Of a stretch of 64,000 bases of DNA, positions 20,342 to 30,653 are shown in pieces. Within the stretch, counting starts at the first letter, position 1. Every line of letters starts with the position of its first letter. Source of the stretch: Theionarchaea archaeon (lineage in GTDB: Archaea > Methanobacteriota_B > Thermococci > Methanofastidiosales > SZ-28-30); the NCBI GenBank assembly GCA_018992685.1, contig JACVGT010000019.1:64001-128000 (forward strand), given 5' to 3'. Under the pieces are notes generated by a model. It had not been told where the DNA came from. It was given only the letters and a program-made list of their open reading frames with translations, and did not search any database. The position numbers and the translations under genes were made by a program.

Positions 20342-20716
20342 TCACGTCTCGAGGTATCCCTCATCATCAACCTCTCCGAACAGGCTTTGCATCATTTCCT
20401 CCATGAATTCTCTTCCCTTGTTGAACAATTCCCTGCCCCTGTCAGTAATAGCGTAGTATTTCCGATTGGGTCTTCCTTCTTTGCTTTCCACCCATTCCGT
20501 AGTTACATACCCTTCCTTTTTCAGGTTGTAAAAGACCACATAGCTGGTAACAGTGGCAGCCTCCCACTCAAACCGGTTCCTTATCTGTTTTTTTATCTCA
20601 TATGCATACATCGGTCGCTCCATCAGCAGGCGTAGCACGTACAGCCACATGACTTCTTTGGTCATCTTGGTTTTCAGTCGCTCCAGTGGCACTATATCAC
20701 CATCATTTCTAATCAT
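20342..20716 (-). CDS. PadR family transcriptional regulator
   Basis: RPMYAYEI...YNLKKEGYV...RKYYAITDRG. Confidence 0.9.
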   Translation of the reverse strand: MIRNDGDIVPLERLKTKMTKEVMWLYVLRLLMERPMYAYEIKKQIRNRFEWEAATVTSYVVFYNLKKEGYVTTEWVESKEGRPNRKYYAITDRGRELFNKGREFMEEMMQSLFGEVDDEGYLET

Positions 20717-20794
20717 TGATTCCTTTAAAACATTTTTGCCGGTGCACTATTTTCTAACCATAAAATATATAAAGCATATGTCAGTACTAGTTCC

Positions 20795-21886
20795 ATGGCG
20801 AAAATCAAGATCGCAATAGCAGGAGTAGGGAATTGTGCCTCCTCTCTCATACAAGGACTGGAATACTACAAGAATGCAGAACCTGAACAAGTGATCGGAT
20901 TAATGCATCATGATGTGAATGGGTATGAACTCTCAGATGTTGAAGTAGTTTGTGCTTTTGATATCGATGAACGGAAAGTGGGGAAGGACGTGTCCCAGGC
21001 CATTTTTGCTCCCCCCAACTGCACGGTAGTGTTTTCGGAGGTTCCCTATCGTGGAATAGAGGTTAAGATGGGCCCCGTTCTGGATGGAGTTGCCCCTCAC
21101 ATGGCACAATACGATGAAGACAAGACCTTCAAACCAAAGAATTCCGAGCCCTGCGATGTAGTGGAAGAGCTCAAGAAGAGCAAGGCTGATATGCTGATCA
21201 ACTATGTTCCTGTGGGATCCGAGCAGGCTGCCCAATTCTATGCTCAGGCCTGTCTGGACGCAGGATGTGGATTCGTTAACTGTATGCCCGTGTTCATTGC
21301 ATCTAATCTAGCATGGGGAAAGAAATTTGAGAAAGCAGGAATACCAGTTGTGGGAGATGACATCAAATCCCAGCTGGGAGCTACTATTGTTCACAGAGTC
21401 CTTACCAAATTATTCAACGATAGAGGGATTAAACTGGATCGGACGTACCAGCTCAATACTGGAGGAAATACAGATTTCTTGAACATGCTAGCCATGGATC
21501 GATTGAAGTCCAAGAAGATCTCCAAGACTGAGGCAGTGCAGTCCCAGCTCGATACACCACTCAACCCAGACAACATCCATATTGGACCTTCCGATTATGT
21601 GCCCTGGCAGAAAGACAATAAGATCTGTTTTCTGCACATGGGGGGACGGATGTTTGGAAGTGTTCCTCTTGAATTGGAGCTCCGGTTGTCAGTAATTGAT
21701 TCTCCGAATTCGGGAGGATGTGCCATTGATGCCATCAGGTGCCTTAAATTAGCTCTTGACCGAGGAATTTCAGGCCCGCTGCTGTCCATCTCATCGTATA
21801 CAATGAAACATCCGCCTGTTCAGTACTCAGATTCGGAAGCCCGAATCTTCGTAGAAGAGTACATCAAAGGAACAAGAGAGCGCTAA
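20795..21886 (+). CDS. ino1: myo-inositol-1-phosphate synthase
   Basis: GVGNCASSL, YVPVGSE, GDDIKSQLGAT, GGNTDFLNM, SKKISKT, DSPNSGG. Confidence 0.97.
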   Translation: MAKIKIAIAGVGNCASSLIQGLEYYKNAEPEQVIGLMHHDVNGYELSDVEVVCAFDIDERKVGKDVSQAIFAPPNCTVVFSEVPYRGIEVKMGPVLDGVAPHMAQYDEDKTFKPKNSEPCDVVEELKKSKADMLINYVPVGSEQAAQFYAQACLDAGCGFVNCMPVFIASNLAWGKKFEKAGIPVVGDDIKSQLGATIVHRVLTKLFNDRGIKLDRTYQLNTGGNTDFLNMLAMDRLKSKKISKTEAVQSQLDTPLNPDNIHIGPSDYVPWQKDNKICFLHMGGRMFGSVPLELELRLSVIDSPNSGGCAIDAIRCLKLALDRGISGPLLSISSYTMKHPPVQYSDSEARIFVEEYIKGTRER

Positions 21887-22006
21887 CACTGCAACACGGA
21901 ATTGCGGGGATTCTCTTTTCTTCTTCTGCCCGCCTGCAATGGTACGCTGTAATTCCCTCTGCCGTCACAATCTCTTTGAGGGTCCTGTGTCACACTGCGG
22001 GAAATG

Positions 22007-22747
22007 CTACAGTTCCATGGGGGCCAGGTAGAAGGTCAGCCTGAGCCCTTCCACAGGAAAGCTTATTCGTAAGGGAAGGTTCTTGTTTCCCATGTTGATG
22101 CGCACTCTGTCTGAAATATAGGAAGAATGGAGAAAACTGATGAGGTAACCCAAATTAAATCTGGAACAACACTTCTCTTTAACTTCAAATTGCTTTATTG
22201 ATTCACTACTCCTCTCAATGCAGATTCTTGCTCTTTCTGTGTCCCCTTCGGCAGATATGACCAGTGCTTCAGGTGTAGCCTCAAACAAGACAGAATTAGC
22301 AACTATGGCAGCGTCACCAATCCCTTCCTTGAACACAGAAACATCCATCTCTATGGAAACGGGATAATCCACATCAATGGACGGCAAAACCTCCACCTGG
22401 GGTTCCAGCAGCAGGCACTGGAACTGACGTTCGATGGAACTCTTCAGGATAAAATCCATGGTTCCCCCATTCAATTCCATGAACATGCCATCCCCCATAT
22501 GAATTCTCCTGGATACTTTCCTAAGCGCATTCATGGAAAGGCCAATAGTCTGCTCGTCCGTAGAAGAATATTCATTGAAGAACGAGCTGTACAAATCTAA
22601 TTCCACCTTGCACACGAGTGAAGGATCACAGGCTTCCATGCTCAGTTGGTTCTCCCTCAAAAAGAAGATGGCCTCATCTACAAGGTCAGACATTGATTCT
22701 ATAATGTATTTCAAGTTCTTGGCGTCACTGAGGAAAGCCCTGAACAT
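22007..22747 (-). CDS. pcn: PCNA DNA sliding clamp (divergent)
   Basis: LVDEA, DPSLV..V.L, ISAEGD, FYLAP; 246 aa. Confidence 0.9.
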   Translation of the reverse strand: MFRAFLSDAKNLKYIIESMSDLVDEAIFFLRENQLSMEACDPSLVCKVELDLYSSFFNEYSSTDEQTIGLSMNALRKVSRRIHMGDGMFMELNGGTMDFILKSSIERQFQCLLLEPQVEVLPSIDVDYPVSIEMDVSVFKEGIGDAAIVANSVLFEATPEALVISAEGDTERARICIERSSESIKQFEVKEKCCSRFNLGYLISFLHSSYISDRVRINMGNKNLPLRISFPVEGLRLTFYLAPMEL

Positions 22748-23056
22748 AGTGATTTTCTTCTTTCTAGGCTATTAAAGCTTTCGCTCAATCGGGTGTGTTC
22801 AATGAGGAAGCGATTTTTCTGTTACATACAGATGGAACCAGGTATTCCTATTTTGGAGACTATCCCGAGATTAAATGATTTTTAGAAAAATATGAGTACT
22901 CTAGTTACTATGCAAAGGAAGAATATGCTGCTTCTGAAGAATGATCACAAAATGCAGAATATCTTGCTGGAAAAGAATTGACCAGGACAATGGAGAATTG
23001 GGAGGTACCTTCCTACAAAAACCAGCAAAATAGTAAGGCTGCAATAACCTTAAATG

Positions 23057-23080
23057 GAAAGAAAAAGAAAAGAAAGAAGG
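23057..23080 (-). terminator. Oligo-pyrimidine (U-rich) terminator of the C25 gene
   Basis: ccttctttcttttctttttctttc directly after the stop on the minus strand. Confidence 0.5.
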
Positions 23081-23081
23081 A

Positions 23082-25430
23082 TTATCTTCTTATTCTTACG
23101 GCAGCACCTAACAGCATAAGCAGTCCAACCAGGGTCGTTCCCAGACAGCTGCTGGCGTTGCTGACCTCGCACGTGACAGAGTCTTCAGTCTCGTACACAC
23201 CATCAACGTATCCCTCGGCCTTTACAGTGTGGTCACCATCGGAGTATGCGGTGGTATCCCAGCTGTACTGGAAGGGTGCTGATGTGTCTTCTGCCTTGTA
23301 CGTACCATCAATGTACCACTTGACAGAGTCGCAGTTACTGGATGCAGTACAGGTAACAGTGTCAGAGACTGTCTCTCCTGACGTTGGGTCGGTGACAGTT
23401 ACGTAGTACTCCACTTCATTGTCCACCGTGACGGTGACTGAGTCACTGTCTTTCAGTGAGCCAGACACGTAGCCCTCGGCAAGTACGGTGTGGCTGCCCT
23501 CAGAGTATGAGGTAGTATCCCAGGTGTAGTCGAAGGGTGATGCTGTGTCATCCTTTACCAGTGAGCCATCGATGTAGAACTTGACTTCGTCGATTGATCC
23601 AGTAATGGATGTGGTAACGCCCACAGTTCCAGAAACGGTTGATCCGTTGGACGGGTTGGTAATAGTCACTGAGTCAGGTGGCGGAGTTGTTCCTCTCTGG
23701 GTAAGGCAGGGTGACTCGGGGTCTCCTACCAGATTTCTCTCGTAGAAGCACCATCTGTAGGTGGTGTTGCTGCTGGCGGAAGATGCTAGGTAGCTTCTTG
23801 CCTTGTTCAGCATATCACCGAGCTTCTCCTGACCATCACTCCAGCAGGCTCTGAACTCAGCAATACAGAACTCACCAGAGTATGTACATGCATTCAGAGT
23901 GGAGAACCAGCCATAGTTGTCATTGTAGATTGCTGCAATTGCACCATTGTTGGCGTCCATGACGTATGCTTCTGCTAGGCAGTCGTCAGCCTCAATCTGT
24001 CCTGTAATACAGGCAACACTGGTGGTCCAGGGCCAGAAGGTGTTGGTCATGCTGGCGACATTTGAGTTGTACCAGCTTACCGTACCGCCAACCTCGTAGT
24101 TGAGATAGTAGACGTTGGTATTTCCGTGTCCAATATGGGCCACTGCAATGGTGTCCTGAGCCCAGTGGGAGATCCACGCTGAGGTGGTAACAGTACCATC
24201 CTCTTCGAAGAGGTAGTCAATGTAGTAACCAGATGGAATGTAGTTGTCACACCCGTAGGCCAGGCATGTGGAATCGGGGCTGTTGTTAGCCTGCACTCTG
24301 GACTGGTGGAGCAAGACTCTCTCAGGCTTGGCAGCCTGTTCATAGGCGATTACCTTGTTGACAAAGTTCGAGGCCTCTGTTACACTCTGACAGGGTGCTC
24401 TTCCGACAGCAACCTCTGCACCGAAGTCGACCCCATCGCCAGTCTCACCATATGTGCTGTCACCATCTGAGTTGTGGGAACCATCCAGGTGCCCGAAGTA
24501 CATGTCAGCCAGCATATCAGAATCAGTGTATCCACCAGTGGACACGTAGAATCCTCTGTAGGGGACAGCAGAAACGTCTCCACCAAGCAGGACGTACTTT
24601 GTACCATTGTTGGTGTACTTGTCAATGATGAAGTTTCTCATCTTCATCGGTGTGTCTGTACCGCTGTAGTTTGAACTGATCCAGCTCACTGTGTAGACAG
24701 TTGCTCCGTTGACAAATCCGGCCTTGTGGGTAGCCAGGGTCTGGAATGTTGACTGCATGGTATCGTTGGTGATGATGATGTACTCTTCTGTTGCCAGGGG
24801 GACTGCGCCATCTTCGTATGTTACCAGGACTTCAGGGTTGTCCACGAGAGCCGAAACATCTGCCTTGTCAGCAGCCAGTCCTCTGTACAGCTTGTTCTTC
24901 ATACCCTTTCCGAACTGTACTTCTACAGTCATCTTTGGATAGAACTTCACTGTTCCAGACTTTGGCATGTACTGAACAGGGAACAGGTTCACCTTCAATA
25001 TGGCAAATCCCTTGACGTAATCTACACCGACAACCTGGAATACCTCGCTGGGGTACATGTTGTTGGAGCCGTAGATTGCCTCGTTCCTGCCAATAGTCAC
25101 GGGGGTGTCACTGTATGTGCAGGGCAGCTGAGCCCATGGGAGTTCGATTCCCTTCTGCACAATTGGCTGTCCGTGCTTTACCTTGACGTCCTTTAATTCT
25201 GCACCCTGTGGAAGCAGGATGCTCACTGCTCTGTAAGGTACCAAAGGCGCTCCGGGTTCCTCCCAAATCTGAGTGTCAGCTACCATGTAATCACCGCATG
25301 TTGGGCAGGCACTCATCTGGACCACTTCAAATGTGTAGTCCGCACCGAAATTGTCGTTCGTAGAAAAAGCTGCAGGCAAACTCAGACTTAGCATTATCAC
25401 GAGCGCTATCGTTATAGTTTTACCTTTCAT
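23082..25430 (-). CDS. Secreted gingipain-family (C25) cysteine peptidase with propeptide, two Ig-like domains and C-terminal anchor
   Basis: Signal peptide, YVLLGGD, AVGRAP, catalytic HIGHG and SVAC, NLVGDP, two repeats VT.T.P..G.TVS..V...YIDG...PF.Y.WDTT, then SSCLGT+TM+RIRR. Confidence 0.92.
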   Translation of the reverse strand: MKGKTITIALVIMLSLSLPAAFSTNDNFGADYTFEVVQMSACPTCGDYMVADTQIWEEPGAPLVPYRAVSILLPQGAELKDVKVKHGQPIVQKGIELPWAQLPCTYSDTPVTIGRNEAIYGSNNMYPSEVFQVVGVDYVKGFAILKVNLFPVQYMPKSGTVKFYPKMTVEVQFGKGMKNKLYRGLAADKADVSALVDNPEVLVTYEDGAVPLATEEYIIITNDTMQSTFQTLATHKAGFVNGATVYTVSWISSNYSGTDTPMKMRNFIIDKYTNNGTKYVLLGGDVSAVPYRGFYVSTGGYTDSDMLADMYFGHLDGSHNSDGDSTYGETGDGVDFGAEVAVGRAPCQSVTEASNFVNKVIAYEQAAKPERVLLHQSRVQANNSPDSTCLAYGCDNYIPSGYYIDYLFEEDGTVTTSAWISHWAQDTIAVAHIGHGNTNVYYLNYEVGGTVSWYNSNVASMTNTFWPWTTSVACITGQIEADDCLAEAYVMDANNGAIAAIYNDNYGWFSTLNACTYSGEFCIAEFRACWSDGQEKLGDMLNKARSYLASSASSNTTYRWCFYERNLVGDPESPCLTQRGTTPPPDSVTITNPSNGSTVSGTVGVTTSITGSIDEVKFYIDGSLVKDDTASPFDYTWDTTSYSEGSHTVLAEGYVSGSLKDSDSVTVTVDNEVEYYVTVTDPTSGETVSDTVTCTASSNCDSVKWYIDGTYKAEDTSAPFQYSWDTTAYSDGDHTVKAEGYVDGVYETEDSVTCEVSNASSCLGTTLVGLLMLLGAAVRIRR

Positions 25431-25478
25431 GTATCTTTCACCTCCTATGAGATGTGTGTGTACTTTATCCCCTTTGTC

Positions 25479-25493
25479 TTTATAAACTTTTCG
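25479..25493 (-). promoter_or_regulatory. BRE/TATA promoter of the C25 gene
   Basis: cgaaaagtttataaa, followed by SD aggaggtga at 25438-25446. Confidence 0.65.
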
Positions 25494-25830
25494 GTTTTAA
25501 TTACGTGTGTGAATAAATCTCTCCGATTCTGCATACCAAAATCTAAACATATACATGTAGAGATCATCTGTTGACACAAAAGTCCGAATTTTGTTACATT
25601 AGGAAACTTCATCCTAATTCGAATAAAAGGAATTCTTTCATATTCCCTCTTTTTCTAAAGATGTCTGACACTGGTTCAAAGATCAGATTTGGGCTACCGA
25701 ATAGAACTTCTATTTTGAATAGAATTCCGAAATGTCTCCGTGACTCTGGAGCGAATTCTGGAAAATCCTCAAATACTCACTGTCGGACAGAGAGCAGTAT
25801 GAATGTGGAGTGTCTGACTGCACGATAAGT

Positions 25831-27810
25831 CTACGAACTGAAGTTCTCGAGTATTTTTCCATAGATGGCCTTCTCTTTCCCCGAGCTCTTCTTGAACAAT
25901 TTTTCCACAATGAGCTCCGGTGTTGACTTTCCCACCGTTCCAAACACAGGTTGTCTGTCAACCACCAATTCTAACCGTTCATCCAGCCCTGTGGCTTCAA
26001 TGCCGTCGATGCGTGCTGTGGTCAATTCCGAGATCTCTTTCCCCAGGTGGGTAACCAGAGTGCACAACGCATGTTCGTTTTGAGCCAGAAATGTCAGGAA
26101 AGATGCGATGATTTTAGCCGCAGAGCCGGGTTCAGTTATCGCCTCCAGCTCATCAATGAGCACCAACTTTTTGGTTATTGACAAGGCCAGGGGAATCAAG
26201 CTTCTGATGGTGCTTTCAAAGGCGCCTGCATCCTGGCTCTTGGGCTTCCTCAGATAGATGATCTCTTCACAGATCGGGCAAAAACACTCCTCAGCAGGGA
26301 CAAAGAACCCCATCTGAGCCAGGATCTGGATATACAGTATAGTCTCCAGCAACGTGGTCTTTCCTCCAGAATTGGCACCTGTCAGGACCACCGTGCGATC
26401 CGAGGTTGCAAATTCATGGGGAGTCTTCCCAATCTTGTAGGAAACAGGCTGCGCATTCTTAATGGTGATGCTTGTCCCGCCTGTGAAGCTCAATCCAGTC
26501 TCCACAAAAGAGGGAGCAGTCATCTTATATTCAGAAAAGAACCTCCCGACAGCTAGCTTGAAGTCCAGTTCGTGCATGTCCCTCTCTTTTTCTAGGAGGT
26601 ATTCCCAGTTCTTGCCAACGCGGGCAGCATTTCGTGATGCTTTGAACTCCTTCAAGGCCTGACCTTTTCTGATGTCATCTTTCAGTTCCTCAATTCCATC
26701 CCTGTCAGCTTCAACAGGGTACGTCAGTTCGAGAGAGAATGGTTCTGCACGTATGCCAACCTTCTCAGTAACCTCCCTGTTGGCTTCACCTACCAGTCGA
26801 CCATACAGTGAAACAACAGAATCCGGGATGGATTTCCTCAGAGCCAGCACAGGGTCTGTCCGCATCTGCTGCATCATGGACAGGATCTCTTTTCCCTTGA
26901 GCTCAATCTGCTCCTGCTGCATAGCCTCATCAAATTGCCTGTTTATTCTGTCTTCCAGTTCAGCCACCAGAGCTTCAATATCGTACTCTTTGAATGAAGT
27001 TTTCTCCTTCAATGTTTCCAGAGCGGATCGAACCTCCTTTAATCGAAGATCCTCCTGGTGAAGGATCTCACTGATTTCACACATCAAAGAGATTGTTCTC
27101 TCATTCTCAGCGAATTTTTCAACCTCAAGTTCGGGAATAACTTCTTCAAGTGCAAAGTCGTCATACAGAAACTGCACATCAGAGCATTCCAGCAAGTGTT
27201 CATACAGGGCTGATTCTGCAGTATAAACATAAAACACCAGAGGGTACTGCTCTACGGCAGAAATATCTGCAGGGTCTTCCACAAGCAGTACATCACAATA
27301 TTCATTTTTCAGGTCTGCGTATACCTCAACCGAATCAACGACAATGACCCGATCCCTGTACTTCTTCTTTCTGGGTACTGTAAGAGGACTGAGGCGACGC
27401 AGGTTCTCCAGTAGCTGAGACACAGCTTCATCGGTGAGAAGCCTGACAAACTCAGCTGCCTCTTTCGAGTATTGAAGTCTCTTCTTAATGATATCTTCAC
27501 TGGTAACGGGGTAGTAGACCAGGATCCTGTTTTTTCCGTTCTGCGTACAGGGGTATTCCTGCAGTCTCTCCAGAAGATCCTCATAGACGTCTGAGGCATC
27601 GCCACACAGAATGTCCTGGAATTTCTCCCCTGTCTGTACCTCGTAGGCCTGACGCAGTATGCTGAGAGCTGTCTTCCTGCCCAGCCCGGGAACCTCCATC
27701 AACTTTTCGATCTCCAGATTCTCAACAATCTGTTCAGCAGAAGAGCCGTAGTACTCTCTGATCTTTCTGGCTATTCCGGGAGTAGTTACCTTGTCCAGCA
27801 TAATCATCAA
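25831..27810 (-). CDS. Archaeal MutS-like ATPase with N-terminal HhH (MutS2/MutS5-like)
   Basis: HhH EVPGLGRKTA, Walker A GANSGGKTT, AGAFES, IDELEAITEPG, VTHL. Confidence 0.88.
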   Translation of the reverse strand: MMIMLDKVTTPGIARKIREYYGSSAEQIVENLEIEKLMEVPGLGRKTALSILRQAYEVQTGEKFQDILCGDASDVYEDLLERLQEYPCTQNGKNRILVYYPVTSEDIIKKRLQYSKEAAEFVRLLTDEAVSQLLENLRRLSPLTVPRKKKYRDRVIVVDSVEVYADLKNEYCDVLLVEDPADISAVEQYPLVFYVYTAESALYEHLLECSDVQFLYDDFALEEVIPELEVEKFAENERTISLMCEISEILHQEDLRLKEVRSALETLKEKTSFKEYDIEALVAELEDRINRQFDEAMQQEQIELKGKEILSMMQQMRTDPVLALRKSIPDSVVSLYGRLVGEANREVTEKVGIRAEPFSLELTYPVEADRDGIEELKDDIRKGQALKEFKASRNAARVGKNWEYLLEKERDMHELDFKLAVGRFFSEYKMTAPSFVETGLSFTGGTSITIKNAQPVSYKIGKTPHEFATSDRTVVLTGANSGGKTTLLETILYIQILAQMGFFVPAEECFCPICEEIIYLRKPKSQDAGAFESTIRSLIPLALSITKKLVLIDELEAITEPGSAAKIIASFLTFLAQNEHALCTLVTHLGKEISELTTARIDGIEATGLDERLELVVDRQPVFGTVGKSTPELIVEKLFKKSSGKEKAIYGKILENFSS

Positions 27811-28121
27811 ACCGGTCTCAAGTCGATAATGGTGGAGTCTATCCGGGCTTTCAGCCCATGAACAATCAGGAGATTGCCTTCCACCGTGGCAAGTTCTGCA
27901 ATGTCAACGCCCAGGGGATTCGGTCTTCCTGTGTATTCTGTTGCAAAGACTCCTCGCTGCTCGTAGAAGGGCTTGTTCTCAGGATTCTGAACCCAGTATA
28001 TGACCATGACTTTGTGATGGCTATCCAATCCAGCGAGCTGTTCTTCATATTCTTTATCTATGAGCAATTTGAAGGTATCTCCTTCGATTTCGATGATTTT
28101 TCCAATGGATTTCAGCTGCAT
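27807..28121 (-). CDS. TrmO/TsaA-like SAM-binding protein (short, divergent)
   Basis: LKSIG, GVFAT...RPNPLG, IIDLRP. Confidence 0.75.
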   Translation of the reverse strand: MQLKSIGKIIEIEGDTFKLLIDKEYEEQLAGLDSHHKVMVIYWVQNPENKPFYEQRGVFATEYTGRPNPLGVDIAELATVEGNLLIVHGLKARIDSTIIDLRPV

Positions 28122-28125
28122 TCTG

Positions 28126-29760
28126 TCACTCTCCTAAGATCTCATGCAGTCGGTCTATGTCATCTGCTTCTTCCGGACTCTTGTCTTCTCTCATCCTGAC
28201 CACCCGCGGAAATCGAAGTGCATAGCCCGATTCATAGTTGGGTGATTTTTGGACTTCTTCATACGCCACTTCCACCACCAGGTAGGGTATTAACTTAACG
28301 GTCTTCCCCTTCTGTTCTATGATGTACGGGGTGAGCTTATCGGTCAATTCCTTGAACAGTTCATCAGTGATGCCTGTACCCACCTTGCCAATTTCCATGA
28401 AGGTGCCCTGCTCATCCCTGATCCCCAGGAGGAAAGAGGCCAGCCAGTGGGCCCTCCGTCCTTCTCCCCATTCAGCTCCAATGATGGCCAGATCCAGAGT
28501 CTCCATGGTCTCTTTAATTTTCAGCCATTTCTTCCCCCGAGCACCCGGCTGGTACACAGATTCCACATCTTTAATCATCAATCCCTCATGCCCCATCTTG
28601 ATTGACTGGTTGAAGAACTCCTGAGCCTCTTCAACATCCTCTGTAACCAGAACGGTAGATATCTGAGCTGATGCTCCTTCCCTGACGAGAGCCTCCAGGA
28701 CTTCGCGTCTCTTTCTGAAAGGAAAATCAAGGAGGGGACCATCTTTGTACAGCACGTCAAAGACATACAGGCTCAACGGGATCTTCTCCATCATCTCCTG
28801 TATATCATATTTTCGTCTCAGTCTCCTCAGAACGTACTGGAAAGGACGGGGGTGATCATGTTCCATGGCCACAATCTCTCCTTCGACAATGGCATCTTCC
28901 ACAATACTCTTTCTCACGGCTCCCACCACATCGGGGAGGGCAGAGGTGATGTCCTCCAGCCTCCGGGAAAAAATTTTTATCTTCTTTCCCTTCTTGTGAA
29001 TCTGTGCCCTTGATCCATCATACTTTATCTCGCAGGATAAGAGATGCATGCGCTCTTTTGCCTCCTGGAGGGTGGCTACCTGGGCAAGCATGAACTTGAT
29101 GGGCCTGAAAAATGTTATGTCCAGCTTATCCAAATCTGCCACATTCTTCCTGGCTGTCTTTGCCACCAACCCGAAATCATTGGTCAGCATGTATGCTCTC
29201 TCCACCTGAGAGGGATCGCAGCCGAACCCCCGGGCTACAGCATCCCGCACAGTCCCTTCTCCAATGCCTGTGCGCATGGTGCCCAGAACAATCCGTACCA
29301 GGTACCGAGCTTCCTTTCCTGTAGCTGAGGAAAACAGATTAGACAAATACTTGAGCTTTTTCTCCTGAGAACGTGCTCCAGAAAACTCACTGAGCTTAGT
29401 CAATATTTCATATACATATTCAACAGATAACTCTTCTGAAAATAGAATGACCTGTTTTTTCTCATTGATGGCTCTTTCACAGGCTTTCCCCATGTCCCCT
29501 TCTTCTCTGACATATTCTTCGATCATAGATTCAGGGACACCTGACACGGTGGAAACTACACGGATTACCAGTTTGGTGCCTACCCCGAGTTCTGCATCCA
29601 TCCAATCAGGAAACACTTTCCCCAGGAGGAAGTAAACCACAACATCTAGGACATCTTCTGGACTCTCCTTCAAGAACTGGGAGACAATGTCTGTCATTTC
29701 CAACCTCTTTGTCGTGTCCTCCAGAGATTCATATACACTGATGAGTGTGGAAAACTTCAT
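28126..29760 (-). CDS. lig: ATP-dependent DNA ligase
   Basis: KYDGSR adenylation motif, EGEIV, FDVLY, EGLMIK, WLKIK, ALRFPR. Confidence 0.97.
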   Translation of the reverse strand: MKFSTLISVYESLEDTTKRLEMTDIVSQFLKESPEDVLDVVVYFLLGKVFPDWMDAELGVGTKLVIRVVSTVSGVPESMIEEYVREEGDMGKACERAINEKKQVILFSEELSVEYVYEILTKLSEFSGARSQEKKLKYLSNLFSSATGKEARYLVRIVLGTMRTGIGEGTVRDAVARGFGCDPSQVERAYMLTNDFGLVAKTARKNVADLDKLDITFFRPIKFMLAQVATLQEAKERMHLLSCEIKYDGSRAQIHKKGKKIKIFSRRLEDITSALPDVVGAVRKSIVEDAIVEGEIVAMEHDHPRPFQYVLRRLRRKYDIQEMMEKIPLSLYVFDVLYKDGPLLDFPFRKRREVLEALVREGASAQISTVLVTEDVEEAQEFFNQSIKMGHEGLMIKDVESVYQPGARGKKWLKIKETMETLDLAIIGAEWGEGRRAHWLASFLLGIRDEQGTFMEIGKVGTGITDELFKELTDKLTPYIIEQKGKTVKLIPYLVVEVAYEEVQKSPNYESGYALRFPRVVRMREDKSPEEADDIDRLHEILGE

Positions 29761-29902
29761 GGGAAACGGTAGAAAACGATTCATATAAAGGTTATGTGCA
29801 TGGGGATGGGGATTGCAGGTGGAATATTCTATATCTTCTCCTGGTGTCTTCTGTCTCGGGGTGTTTCTGAACCATGACGATCCGGCCTTGCCACTGGTTC
29901 AC

Positions 29903-30328
29903 TCATCCTGAGTAGGATTCAAGTGTTCTCCTATTCCTGAACCTGAAATAGAGAAGAAGGCACACGGTAGTATTTCCTACCAGGAGGAGGAAAAGTCTCT
30001 GTACGTCCGACGGTGCCACAAAAATAGCAAGATACACGCAAAAAACGATGACACAAAAAATGTCTACGTAGAATTCCAAAATGGCACCGAACCACAAAGG
30101 GTATCCTCCCCCGACTTTTCTCTTCCAAAAGTCATAGGAGAGTCCAAATTTCGTTCCCGTCATCATGAAAAATCCATTAATTATGCCGAAAATCGCCAAA
30201 GGAATCCCCGCAAGGAAAGGGCGGATTACTCTGCCCGTATAGAACTGAAGGTACAGAAAGATTACTAGAAGGCCAAATGAGAGACAGAGCGAGGCAAACC
30301 CAAATAACTTCCTGATTTCTGGCTCCAT
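29903..30328 (-). CDS. 4-TM hypothetical membrane protein, paralogue A
   Basis: Four hydrophobic segments; aligns with 30654-31079. Confidence 0.75.
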   Translation of the reverse strand: MEPEIRKLFGFASLCLSFGLLVIFLYLQFYTGRVIRPFLAGIPLAIFGIINGFFMMTGTKFGLSYDFWKRKVGGGYPLWFGAILEFYVDIFCVIVFCVYLAIFVAPSDVQRLFLLLVGNTTVCLLLYFRFRNRRTLESYSG

Positions 30329-30653
30329 GAGGTAGGTTGATGAGTGAGAATAAAAGTGTTTCTATCCCCTCTTGTCTCCTTTTCTTGAAGAGACACATGG
30401 GGTGCTTGTTGGCTCAAGACGAGATATTCATCTCTCTCTGATTTGTGGTGGTAATGTGGCTCAAAGCCTTCAACTGAGTGAGTGTACTGAAATCCTGAAC
30501 ATTTAGATGGGCACCTGCCATAAAAGCACATTGAAATGTCAGACCTTTAGGTCAGACTATACGAGTTTACAGGTTTTCAGATTCGCCAAAATTCTTGAAT
30601 GAATTCCATTCTCAATCTCAAAAGGAGAAATCTTGCAGCCCATCTCGTTCTTT

